In this document: positions 53,357-62,081 of the stretch, in pieces
Position numbering within the stretch: position 1 is the first letter of the stretch
Layout: every line of letters begins with the position of its first letter
Source of the DNA: an uncultured Bacteroidales bacterium
Lineage (GTDB): Bacteria > Bacteroidota > Bacteroidia > Bacteroidales > FEN-979
DNA length: 64,000 nt
Direction of reading: 5' to 3'
NCBI GenBank assembly: GCA_903887775.1
Contig: CAISRB010000011.1
Location: 259,664 to 323,663, forward strand
The notes under the pieces: model-generated
Databases searched by the model: none
What the model was told of the DNA's origin: nothing
What the model saw: the letters and a program-made list of their open reading frames with translations, nothing else
Translations under genes and position numbers: made by a program

Positions 53357-54589
53357 TTAGACATTCTCCTTTTGAAATATTGCGCCGAAGGTTCTGAATA
53401 TTATTATAATGTCTCCCCAGAAGGAGTTATGTTCGGCATAATAGTTATCAAGTGCAAATCGTTCTTCTTCCGATATTGGTCCGCTTCTTCCTCTTTTTTC
53501 GACCTGCCATAAACCTGTTAACCCGGCAGCAGCCCTAAACCTGCGGCTCCATTTCTTTTTTGTCAGGGCTTCAGCTTCATTCAATGGTAACGGGCGGTTC
53601 CCGACAATAGACATATTTCCTTTAAGTACATTGATCAATTGTGGCAGTTCGTCAATGCTTGTCATACGGATTATCCTGCCGACTTTCGTAATTCTCGGAT
53701 CGTCTTTAATTTTAAGAAAAGCTTTTCTGGCGCTCCTTTGCTTGTTTGCGATTCTTTCGCACATCTGTTCGCCGTCATAATATACAAGGGGTGAACAGTA
53801 CTGGCCTTCAGGTAATTTAGCACATTCGGCGCATGTCACTTCCACCGTTTCACCAATATACTGGTTAAGATGCTCGACTTCCTTCAGCCTTTTGTCTGCA
53901 TCGGGATACATTGAGCGGAACTTGTAGAAATCAAAGATCTTGTAATTTGAACCCACACGTTTTGAAAAGTAATATACTTTTCCCTTCGATTCAAGCCTGA
54001 TCGCAATCATCGTAAGAAGCATCAATGGAGAAAGTACCAAAAGTGCTGTTGCAGCCAGGAGTATGTCAAAAGTTCTCTTGATGATCGGCGTTTTATATGC
54101 GTTAAAGCTGACATTTGTGTCTACCGATATTGTCTTATTCTCAAATTCCGATTTGAATTTCTTTAATAATTTTATCCTGTTGTAAATATTCTCAGGGTTA
54201 AGCCCCTTGTGATAGAAATCGTCAATGCCAAGCGAATAAGCATTCTTCTTCGAATTATAATCCATGAAAAAAGAAATTACCATGAACGGTGTCTTCTGGT
54301 AGAGCTTATTCAGCTTTAAACGCCTGAAAAACGAAAAAGCATTGATCCCGGGAAGAAGCAGTTCACAGATTATTGCGTCAATGGATTGCTTTTCTTCATA
54401 TTTGATGTCGAACCTGGTATCTTTATCGAGATCGAAAATTTTAAACTGATTGTCGGTCAGCCAGTATATTGCCGCAAGCGGGTTCCCCATGACCGTAACG
54501 TTAAAATAACCTGAACTACGGAACAGATCAGCCACTGACTGATCTTTGCCAATATAAAGGATATTCATAATCGGGATTTCTTTCTCCAT
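53357..54589 (-). CDS. Receiver-like domain fused to a bacterial sugar transferase (initiating phosphoglycosyl transferase)
   Basis: 410 aa. Residues ~8-145 have REC topology (ILYIGKDQ; DAIICELLLPG; PFMVISFF; GIDDFYHKG) with Glu76 at the acceptor position. Residues ~168-405 are Bac_transf-like (KRTFDILLA...KFRSM...DPRITKVG...DELPQLINVLKGNMSIVGNRP). There is an extra segment of ~35-40 aa with 4 Cys. Confidence 0.8.
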   Translation of the reverse strand: MEKEIPIMNILYIGKDQSVADLFRSSGYFNVTVMGNPLAAIYWLTDNQFKIFDLDKDTRFDIKYEEKQSIDAIICELLLPGINAFSFFRRLKLNKLYQKTPFMVISFFMDYNSKKNAYSLGIDDFYHKGLNPENIYNRIKLLKKFKSEFENKTISVDTNVSFNAYKTPIIKRTFDILLAATALLVLSPLMLLTMIAIRLESKGKVYYFSKRVGSNYKIFDFYKFRSMYPDADKRLKEVEHLNQYIGETVEVTCAECAKLPEGQYCSPLVYYDGEQMCERIANKQRSARKAFLKIKDDPRITKVGRIIRMTSIDELPQLINVLKGNMSIVGNRPLPLNEAEALTKKKWSRRFRAAAGLTGLWQVEKRGRSGPISEEERFALDNYYAEHNSFWGDIIIIFRTFGAIFQKENV

Positions 54590-54594
54590 CGGTC

Positions 54595-54996
54595 TTACTG
54601 ACTGTTTTTGCTGCCTGAGAAGGCTACGGATGTTTCAATCCGGCGTTTAACTCGTACTATCAGTTCCCTGGGATTAAATGGTTTTACAACGTAATCATCA
54701 GCTCCCATTTCAAAACATTTGATCTTATCAGCGCTTTCCTCTTTTCCCGACAGCATAACCAATGGGATTTCATCAAAAAATCCACTTTCACGAATGCGTT
54801 TGATAAACTCGAACCCGTTCATAACCGGCATTTCCACATCACAGATAATGACATCCGGCAGGTTTCCCGACTGGATATAGTATAAAGCATCCATCCCGTT
54901 ACTCAGGGTTGTCACTTCAAACTCCTTGTTAAAGGTATTTTCTATGATAAACCGGATACTCTTTTCATCGTCTATTGCGAGTATCTTTCTTTTCAT
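54595..54996 (-). CDS. Stand-alone response-regulator receiver (CheY-like), first gene of the glycan locus
   Basis: 133 aa. ILAIDDE, DVIICDVEMPVMNG, LVMLSG, DDYVVKPF: all canonical phospho-site residues are present. No output domain. Confidence 0.9.
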   Translation of the reverse strand: MKRKILAIDDEKSIRFIIENTFNKEFEVTTLSNGMDALYYIQSGNLPDVIICDVEMPVMNGFEFIKRIRESGFFDEIPLVMLSGKEESADKIKCFEMGADDYVVKPFNPRELIVRVKRRIETSVAFSGSKNSQ

Positions 54997-55016
54997 TCAT
55001 ATATAATTTTGGTAAG

Positions 55017-55024
55017 CAAATATA
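55017..55024 (-). promoter_or_regulatory. -7 box TATATTTG upstream of the receiver gene / glycan locus
   Basis: The reverse complement of caaatata matches TAnnTTTG, 20 nt upstream of the ATG at 54996. Confidence 0.45.
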
Positions 55025-55100
55025 TTCGAATTTGATCCAACCTCTAAAAATAGATATTAACAAAAAATCGAAAGTTATTAAGAGAAGGGCTGACGGCAGT

Positions 55101-57137
55101 TTACTGCTTGCCTCCCTCCGAAACTGCCTTTTTTAAAGCTACAAGCTCATCCCGTAACCTTGCAGCTTCAAGAAAATCAAGTTGTTTAACAGCCTCTTCC
55201 ATTGCTTTTCCTGTTTCTTTAATTAGTTTTTGGATTTTATCTTTTGGCAGATACGCAATCACCGGATCTGCGGCATGATCAAGATTTTCTTTTTCGATAT
55301 ACGGACGTCCGGTCCCTGATCCCTCGTAATCCCTGGCCCTCAGATCAAAAACTTTTCTCATATCCTTCGTGATCTGAACAGGAGTGATGTTGTTTTTCTC
55401 GTTGTAGGCCATTTGTTTCTCCCTTCTCCTGTTAGCTTCCGAAATCATTCTTTTCATTGAATCTGTGATCTTATCGGCATACAGGATTACCCTGCTGTTG
55501 ACATTCCTTGCAGCCCTTCCGGCTGTTTGGGTAAGGCTGCGTTCAGATCTCAGAAAGCCTTCTTTATCAGCATCAAGGATTGCAACAAGGGAAACTTCAG
55601 GAAGATCAAGCCCCTCCCTCAGAAGGTTCACTCCGATAAGCACGTCGATAGTGCCTGACCTCAGGTCCTGCAGGATATCCACCCGGTCCATCGTCACGAC
55701 ATCCGAATGAATATACCTGGTTTTAATATTGAGTTTGATGAAATACTTAGCCAACTCCTCGGCCATTCTTTTAGTCAGCGTAGTAACAAGTACTCTTTCG
55801 TTAACAGTCACCCGTTTATCGATCTCATCCAGAAGGTCATCGATCTGGTTCAGGCTCGGCCTGACTTCTACCATGGGATCAAGCAAACCCGTAGGGCGGA
55901 TAAGCTGCTCTACCACCACTCCTTCAGCTTTCTGAAGCTCAAAATCGGCAGGTGTGGCGCTTACGAACACAGTCTGCCCTACAATGGCTTCAAATTCATC
56001 AAATTTAAGAGGCCGGTTATCCATCGCCGAAGGGAGTCTGAACCCGTATTCGACAAGAGTCCTCTTACGGGAACGATCGCCACCGTACATTGCCCTGATC
56101 TGGGGAATAGTAACATGACTCTCATCAATGACCATCAGGAAGTCATCAGGAAAATAATCAAGAAGACAGAAAGGCCTGGAACCGGTAGTCCTTCCGTCGA
56201 AATATCTTGAGTAATTCTCAATGCCGGAACAATAACCCAGCTCCCTCATCATTTCCAAATCGTAAGTGACCCTGTCCTCAAGCCTTTTTGCCTCTAAGGC
56301 TTTCCCTTCATTTTTAAAATATTCGACCTGACGGAACATATCATCCTGGATGCCGGTCAGCGCTTCCCTCATTTTATCCTGTGAAGTAACAAAAATATTG
56401 GCAGGATAAACCTGTATAAATTCAAGAGGTTCGTAAGTTCTGCCGGTCAGAGGATCAAACGATTCCAGTTTCTCGATCTCATCTCCCCAGAAAATAATAC
56501 GGTAGGCAACATCAAGATAAGCCGGGAAAATATCAACAGCATCACCTTTAACACGAAACTTCCCCCTTGTAAATTCCGATTCTGTCCGTGAATAAAGGCT
56601 GTTGACAAATTTCAGTAACAGATTGTTCCTGCTTATCTGATCACCAAGTTTAAGTTTTACAATATTCCCCGTAAAATCATCCGGGTTGCCGATACCGTAA
56701 ATACAGGATACAGAGGAAATAACGATGACATCCCTTCTGCCTGACAGCAGGGCGGATGAAGCGCTTAGCCGGAGTTTCTCAATTTCAGCATTGATGGAAA
56801 GGTCTTTTTCGATGTAGGTATTTGTGACCGGTATGTACGCTTCCGGCTGATAATAATCATAATACGAAACAAAAAACTCAACCGCATTTTCCGGGAAAAA
56901 CTCACGGAATTCACCATATAACTGAGCTGCAAGAGTTTTATTATGACTCAATACAAGTGTGGGTCTCTGGATCCTTTGAACAACATTCGCAATAGTGAAG
57001 GTTTTCCCCGAACCTGTAACCCCTGCGAGTACCTGCGCCTTATCACCACGGTTCAACCCTTCCACAAGCTCCCTTATAGCCTCAGGCTGGTCTCCCGTGG
57101 GAACAAACTCCGTGGTAAGTCTGAATTCCATATTCAA
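55101..57137 (-). CDS. uvrB: Excinuclease ABC subunit B
   Basis: 678 aa. GVTGSGKTFT Walker A, DESH box and a C-terminal UVR domain (LEAARLRDEL). Confidence 0.97.
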   Translation of the reverse strand: MNMEFRLTTEFVPTGDQPEAIRELVEGLNRGDKAQVLAGVTGSGKTFTIANVVQRIQRPTLVLSHNKTLAAQLYGEFREFFPENAVEFFVSYYDYYQPEAYIPVTNTYIEKDLSINAEIEKLRLSASSALLSGRRDVIVISSVSCIYGIGNPDDFTGNIVKLKLGDQISRNNLLLKFVNSLYSRTESEFTRGKFRVKGDAVDIFPAYLDVAYRIIFWGDEIEKLESFDPLTGRTYEPLEFIQVYPANIFVTSQDKMREALTGIQDDMFRQVEYFKNEGKALEAKRLEDRVTYDLEMMRELGYCSGIENYSRYFDGRTTGSRPFCLLDYFPDDFLMVIDESHVTIPQIRAMYGGDRSRKRTLVEYGFRLPSAMDNRPLKFDEFEAIVGQTVFVSATPADFELQKAEGVVVEQLIRPTGLLDPMVEVRPSLNQIDDLLDEIDKRVTVNERVLVTTLTKRMAEELAKYFIKLNIKTRYIHSDVVTMDRVDILQDLRSGTIDVLIGVNLLREGLDLPEVSLVAILDADKEGFLRSERSLTQTAGRAARNVNSRVILYADKITDSMKRMISEANRRREKQMAYNEKNNITPVQITKDMRKVFDLRARDYEGSGTGRPYIEKENLDHAADPVIAYLPKDKIQKLIKETGKAMEEAVKQLDFLEAARLRDELVALKKAVSEGGKQ

Positions 57138-58258
57138 TGGTTAAACATAAATTCTGAAATAACCGGGTAATGATCTGAAAGATTTACTTCTCTCTTACGG
57201 TATGATAAGGCAGTAAAAAAATCATCATACAGCATATAGTCTATCCGGAAAGCGGGGAAACGTCCTGCATACGTGCTTCCGATCCAGTCATTTCCGGCTT
57301 TCACAAATGCATCATCCCTGTTCCTGGATAAAGTATGATAGGCATACGAAGAAGGCGTATCATTGAAATCCCCGCAGATCAGGACAGGGTAGGGGCAATA
57401 CTTCATATGAGACTCAAGCATATCTACTTCCATTGCTCTTAACACGAAGGCTTTTTTAAGTTTCCATATCATTTTCCTGGAACCTTTGGCCAGATTCTTT
57501 TCATCAGCTCCCGGGTCAGTAAGCTTCGAATAAAAAGAATAGTCATCGTTCCCGAGCCGGATCGATTCAAGATGCAGGTTGTATACCCTGATCGTATCGA
57601 GATGAACAGCTATATCAGTAAAAATGCAAAACGTACTCTTTTCCCCCAGCCTGAAAAATCCCTGGTTTACTATGGGGTATCGTGAAAAAGTTGTAATCGC
57701 ATTGATCTTCGTCTTTTGCCAGAAATCCCTGTAATTCTTAAAGAAAAAATATTCGAGCCTGATAGAACGGGAAAATTTATGCAATGTTTTCATGTATTCC
57801 TCGCCAATCGCGTAAAATTCCTGTACACATACAAGGTCTGCGCCTTCTGCTGCAAGGAAATCAGCCACCTGGCTCCTTGCCTCTGTTAATGAATTGTCAG
57901 GCTGGTTGCCATAAAGCCTGTCAACATTGAAGGTCACTACTTTTATCATTTGCCGGGTATGGGTTTTTGGAGAACCGGTCCGGATAGGGAACATTGTGGT
58001 TAAATTGCCAAATCCAAGGAGTATTGCGATCAATGAAAAATAAATGTATTTATTCCATAAAACCAGCCAGAGAAGAACGAATAGCAGGTTGATGATGAGA
58101 ATCACAGGATATGCGATCCCGAAGAATGCAAAAGGCCAGAAAGAAACAGGACTGATATACGCAGCTGCGCAGGAAGATAATAAGGCGACCACTGCAAAGC
58201 AGTTCAGGATCAGCAGAGAGATCTTCACCCATCGTCTATTTTTGCCCGTTTTAGTCAT
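57134..58258 (-). CDS. Endonuclease/exonuclease/phosphatase (EEP) family protein with N-terminal TM helices
   Basis: VVTFNV...CVQE...GDFNDTP...DH are EEP motifs. The start at MTKTGKNRRW (58258) is preferred because it avoids a 41-nt overlap with the rhomboid gene. Its stop overlaps the uvrB start (ATGA). Confidence 0.75.
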   Translation of the reverse strand: MTKTGKNRRWVKISLLILNCFAVVALLSSCAAAYISPVSFWPFAFFGIAYPVILIINLLFVLLWLVLWNKYIYFSLIAILLGFGNLTTMFPIRTGSPKTHTRQMIKVVTFNVDRLYGNQPDNSLTEARSQVADFLAAEGADLVCVQEFYAIGEEYMKTLHKFSRSIRLEYFFFKNYRDFWQKTKINAITTFSRYPIVNQGFFRLGEKSTFCIFTDIAVHLDTIRVYNLHLESIRLGNDDYSFYSKLTDPGADEKNLAKGSRKMIWKLKKAFVLRAMEVDMLESHMKYCPYPVLICGDFNDTPSSYAYHTLSRNRDDAFVKAGNDWIGSTYAGRFPAFRIDYMLYDDFFTALSYRKREVNLSDHYPVISEFMFNH

Positions 58259-58271
58259 GATCCCTGTAATA

Positions 58272-59186
58272 TCAACGTTTACCTGAAGATCTGAACAAGA
58301 AATCCTTTTCATCCTTGGTCAGGCTGTCGTATCCTCCTTTCGAGATTTTATCAAGGATATCGTCCATCCGCTTTTGCTTCTCGGCTTTTAGTAAATTATA
58401 TTCTTCGTCCCGCAAAGGACGGCTGCCGGGATCGTAAGAACCGGCCTGCATGGTTTTCTTTCGAAAGAACCCACTCTGTCTCTTACGTTCCCTGTTTCCG
58501 GTCCGAAAAGATTTTGCAGTCAGCTGAATATAAAGGAATCCGAATAATGCCCCGCCGATATGCGCAATATGCCCCCCTGCATTGCCTGTGGGTATCATAA
58601 AGAAATCGAATACAAACAAGGCAATCGCAAGATAAAGAATGCGAATTCTTCCAAAAAATAAGAGATAAACGGAATATTTTGGCACTTTGAAAGAGATCGC
58701 TGTAACTATTGCCATGACGGAAGCAGATGCTCCGAGAGCATAAGACTGGGGCAGGGCATAGGAAAAGACCGGGAATATATTGAATGCAAGGATATATACA
58801 AAAGCTCCCGAAATTCCTCCCAAAAGATATACTATCAACAACTTCCTGCTTCCGAGGTATTCCTGGAATATCTTTCCGAACCAGTAAAGCCAGAGCATGT
58901 TAAACAGTATATGCCATATGTCGATATGAAGAAACATATAGGTAACAACAGTCCATGGTTTATTAAGCAGGGAAGGGAGGGAAGCCGGGACCCCGAAGAT
59001 CCTGATGATGGAGGTTGTGGCCAGGGCAGCATCAGGCTGGTTATACAGGAAGAAAATGATCCGGAAACCCTGGATAAGTATCCAAACAGCTACATTAATG
59101 ATGATCAGGTTAGCCAGGACAGAACCTTCCCTGAAGAACCGTTTCAGATTATCAGCAAGGCTTGGTTCGGTTGCATTTGGATACAT
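58272..59186 (-). CDS. Rhomboid family intramembrane serine protease
   Basis: WHILFNMLWLYWFG, LGASASVMAI (Ser), HIAHIGGALFG (His). Start set at MYPNATEP (59186), 2 nt after the upstream stop. Confidence 0.85.
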   Translation of the reverse strand: MYPNATEPSLADNLKRFFREGSVLANLIIINVAVWILIQGFRIIFFLYNQPDAALATTSIIRIFGVPASLPSLLNKPWTVVTYMFLHIDIWHILFNMLWLYWFGKIFQEYLGSRKLLIVYLLGGISGAFVYILAFNIFPVFSYALPQSYALGASASVMAIVTAISFKVPKYSVYLLFFGRIRILYLAIALFVFDFFMIPTGNAGGHIAHIGGALFGFLYIQLTAKSFRTGNRERKRQSGFFRKKTMQAGSYDPGSRPLRDEEYNLLKAEKQKRMDDILDKISKGGYDSLTKDEKDFLFRSSGKR

Positions 59187-59187
59187 A

Positions 59188-60021
59188 TCAGTTAAATTTT
59201 GCTTTTCGTTTCCAGTACATAATAAGGAAAAATCCAAAAATCATACCACCAAGATGCGCAAAATGTGCGACATTGTCGCTGGGGTTATTCGAAATTCCAA
59301 GAAAAACTTCAATTGCTCCATAACCGATCACAAGCCATTTGGCTTTTATCGGGAATAAAAAGTAAAGAAATACAAGCATATTGGGGAACATCATTCCAAA
59401 AGCAAGCAATATTCCAAATACTGCTCCTGATGCGCCAATTGTTGATATATCCATTTGCTGCCTTATCAGGTCATAAACATAGACCACCGATTGTTGCTGG
59501 TAATTAACTTCGCCTGACGAACTCTGCCATTGAGAAAGAAGAGTATTCATATTGTCGAGAAGTTCCTGACTCCTTGGCGGGCATGTTTTTACGAAAGCCA
59601 GAAAGGCATCAGGAGAAGGAGCGGACGAATAGGCAAGAGCGGCGGCTTCATAGCCTGAAATATGCCAGTAATTGATTGCTGTCTGGACTAATGCAGCACC
59701 TATTCCTGTAATCATGTAATAGGTCAGAAACCGTTTTGGCCCCCAGACGTTTTCAAGCAGGTATCCGAACATCCATAAGGCAAACATATTATAAAGGATA
59801 TGCTGAAAATCTGCATGAAAAAACATATAGGTCACAAACTGGTATGATCTGAACAAATCCGATTTGAAATAATGCAAGCCGAAAATATTAGTGAGATCGA
59901 TCCTGAAAGCGCTTTCCAGCGACATCGTAGCAACAAAGCAGAGCAAATTGATGATCAGAAGGTTCTTGACAACCAGTGGAAGAAACTTGAAGCCTGAAGG
60001 ACTGTATTGTTCTAAGGTCAT
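59188..60021 (-). CDS. Rhomboid family intramembrane serine protease (second, tandem)
   Basis: 277 aa. HILYNMFALWMFG, GASGAVFGIL, HFAHLGGMIFG. Confidence 0.85.
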   Translation of the reverse strand: MTLEQYSPSGFKFLPLVVKNLLIINLLCFVATMSLESAFRIDLTNIFGLHYFKSDLFRSYQFVTYMFFHADFQHILYNMFALWMFGYLLENVWGPKRFLTYYMITGIGAALVQTAINYWHISGYEAAALAYSSAPSPDAFLAFVKTCPPRSQELLDNMNTLLSQWQSSSGEVNYQQQSVVYVYDLIRQQMDISTIGASGAVFGILLAFGMMFPNMLVFLYFLFPIKAKWLVIGYGAIEVFLGISNNPSDNVAHFAHLGGMIFGFFLIMYWKRKAKFN

Positions 60022-60029
60022 GTTGTAGT

Positions 60030-61889
60030 TTAGGTTTTAAATTTTTTAGAGAGTTCATCAAACGAAAGCATGAAAAACGCAGGTTTACCGTCGGGTGAAA
60101 ATTCAGGAACTTTACATTCAAACAACTTCTGATGGATGGCTTCCATTTCTTCCTTTTTGAGTGACTTCCCCCGCCTGACAGCTGAACTCTTTGCCAATGA
60201 TTTTGCGATGATCTGCTGTTTCCCTGCATGTTTCCCTGTAAAATCATTTTTCAGCGCTTCAAGCGCCTGTTCAACGGCTCCGTGATAATCGGTATTTGCC
60301 AGGTCGACGGGAATGGAATGAAGGACAAAATCATGATTTCCAAATTCCGAGATATCAAATCCCAGGGCATTAAAATCTTCGAGAAGATCTTTAATTAAAA
60401 CCGCGTCATCAGGTGAGAATGAAAGGGTCACGGGTATAATGCCTGACCTGGGGTTTTTATCCGTGGAACCCTGAGCGATAAACTTCTCATATAAAATTCT
60501 TTCATGAGCTGCCTGTTGGTCGATGATAAGCAAACCCCCGGAAGTTTCCTTAAGAATGTATGAATTTGAGATCTGGAATACCGCATGGGGTGTTTTATCA
60601 TGCTCAAGGTTAAGACTGAAGTTATTTTCAGCATTGAGATTGTCGATAAGTTCCGCAAGCGGGGCAGATGGGATGTTTCCCGGATGTATAAAGGACGACG
60701 GTATATTTTCCCTCCATTCGCCTACTTTTGATTTTGATCCCTGGTTTTCAAACCTGAGACTTGGCTGGAACTCCTTTTTCTTTTCAAATGGATTATAGTC
60801 CGGGTTTATAGTGATCTGAGGCTGGTTTATTGTTTGCCCGGGTTTCAGGGGTGGGATTTCCATACTTTGCTCCTGTTCGAAATCCAAAACGGTAGTCAGG
60901 TTATATTTCCCAAGAGCCTGTCTCACTGCAGCCTGAAGGATGGCATAAATACTCTTGCTGTCGGTAAAGTTGATTTCTGTTTTGGTAGGATGTATGTTGA
61001 CGTCAATATTTGCCGGATCCAGCTCAAGATAGAGGAAATATGTCGGGAAAGAATCCTTTGGTATAAGTTCCTGGAATGCTGCCTCTACAGCATGATGCAG
61101 GTAGGGGTTACGGATAAACCTGCTGTTTGCAAAGAAATATTGTTCACCTCTTGTTTTTTTAGCGAACTCAGGTTTACCAATAAAACCGCTGATGTTAACC
61201 ATTACTGTCTGCTGTTCAACCGGGATCAGTTTCTGATTGTAATTCGAACCAAAAAGAGCCACAATACGCTGACGCAGATTTGCCGATGCAAGCTGAAACA
61301 ACACTCTTTCCTGATTGAACATGGTAAATGTAATATCAGGATGGACCAACGTTATACGAAAAAACTCATCAAGTATATATTTCAGTTCGGATGAGTTTGA
61401 TTTCAGGAAATTCCTTCTCGCAGGTACATTGAAAAACAGGTTCTTCACCTGGATGTTTGTCCCGTTCGAGGTGTTGACGGCGCAATGGGTTTTGACCTCC
61501 GATCCTTCAATAATAAGCTGGGTGCCTATCTCATCTTCAACCTTCTTTGTCCTTAGTTCTAACTGAGCCACAGAAGCGACAGATGCCAGGGCTTCTCCCC
61601 GGAATCCAAGAGTCCGGATTGAAAGAAGGTCATTTGCCGTTTTTATTTTAGAAGTAGCATGTCGCTCAAAACACATCCTGGCATCCCTTTCCGACATTCC
61701 ACAACCATTATCCACGACCTGGATCAGGGTTTTGCCCGCATCTTTAATGATCAGCTTGACTTCAGTTGCTCCCGCGTCTATTGAATTTTCAAGCAATTCC
61801 TTAACTGCTGATGCGGGTCGTTGAACAACCTCCCCAGCAGCTATCTGGTTTGCAACTGATTCAGGCAGCATCCTGATGATATCCGGCAT
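60030..61889 (-). CDS. mutL: DNA mismatch repair protein MutL
   Basis: 619 aa. IAAGEVVQRPASAVKELLENSIDAG, DNGCGM, FRGEAL. Confidence 0.95.
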   Translation of the reverse strand: MPDIIRMLPESVANQIAAGEVVQRPASAVKELLENSIDAGATEVKLIIKDAGKTLIQVVDNGCGMSERDARMCFERHATSKIKTANDLLSIRTLGFRGEALASVASVAQLELRTKKVEDEIGTQLIIEGSEVKTHCAVNTSNGTNIQVKNLFFNVPARRNFLKSNSSELKYILDEFFRITLVHPDITFTMFNQERVLFQLASANLRQRIVALFGSNYNQKLIPVEQQTVMVNISGFIGKPEFAKKTRGEQYFFANSRFIRNPYLHHAVEAAFQELIPKDSFPTYFLYLELDPANIDVNIHPTKTEINFTDSKSIYAILQAAVRQALGKYNLTTVLDFEQEQSMEIPPLKPGQTINQPQITINPDYNPFEKKKEFQPSLRFENQGSKSKVGEWRENIPSSFIHPGNIPSAPLAELIDNLNAENNFSLNLEHDKTPHAVFQISNSYILKETSGGLLIIDQQAAHERILYEKFIAQGSTDKNPRSGIIPVTLSFSPDDAVLIKDLLEDFNALGFDISEFGNHDFVLHSIPVDLANTDYHGAVEQALEALKNDFTGKHAGKQQIIAKSLAKSSAVRRGKSLKKEEMEAIHQKLFECKVPEFSPDGKPAFFMLSFDELSKKFKT

Positions 61890-62081
61890 AAGTAAATAAT
61901 GTATCTGATCAGATATCTGAATAAAACAAAAACCGGCTTATTCCTCCCTTCAGGCGAAGAAAGGGGATCTGGCAATTTTTTTGCAAAATGCGGCCATTGA
62001 TACGGTCTTCAATGACGAGAAGTACGTTATTGTGTCTCAGAATTCCATCTTGCTCCTCGAAAGAAACGAGGAAAGTTGTCG

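Noticed and set aside
61930-61995. Possible terminator or structured element between the DUF6580 gene and mutL (CCCTT...AAGGG imperfect stem followed by GGTTTTTGTTTT on the minus strand; ATCTGATCAGAT palindrome at about 61903-61914)
   Set aside because: The stem is short and imperfect, and the T-run is interrupted. The palindrome alone is not enough to call a site. I left it unannotated.
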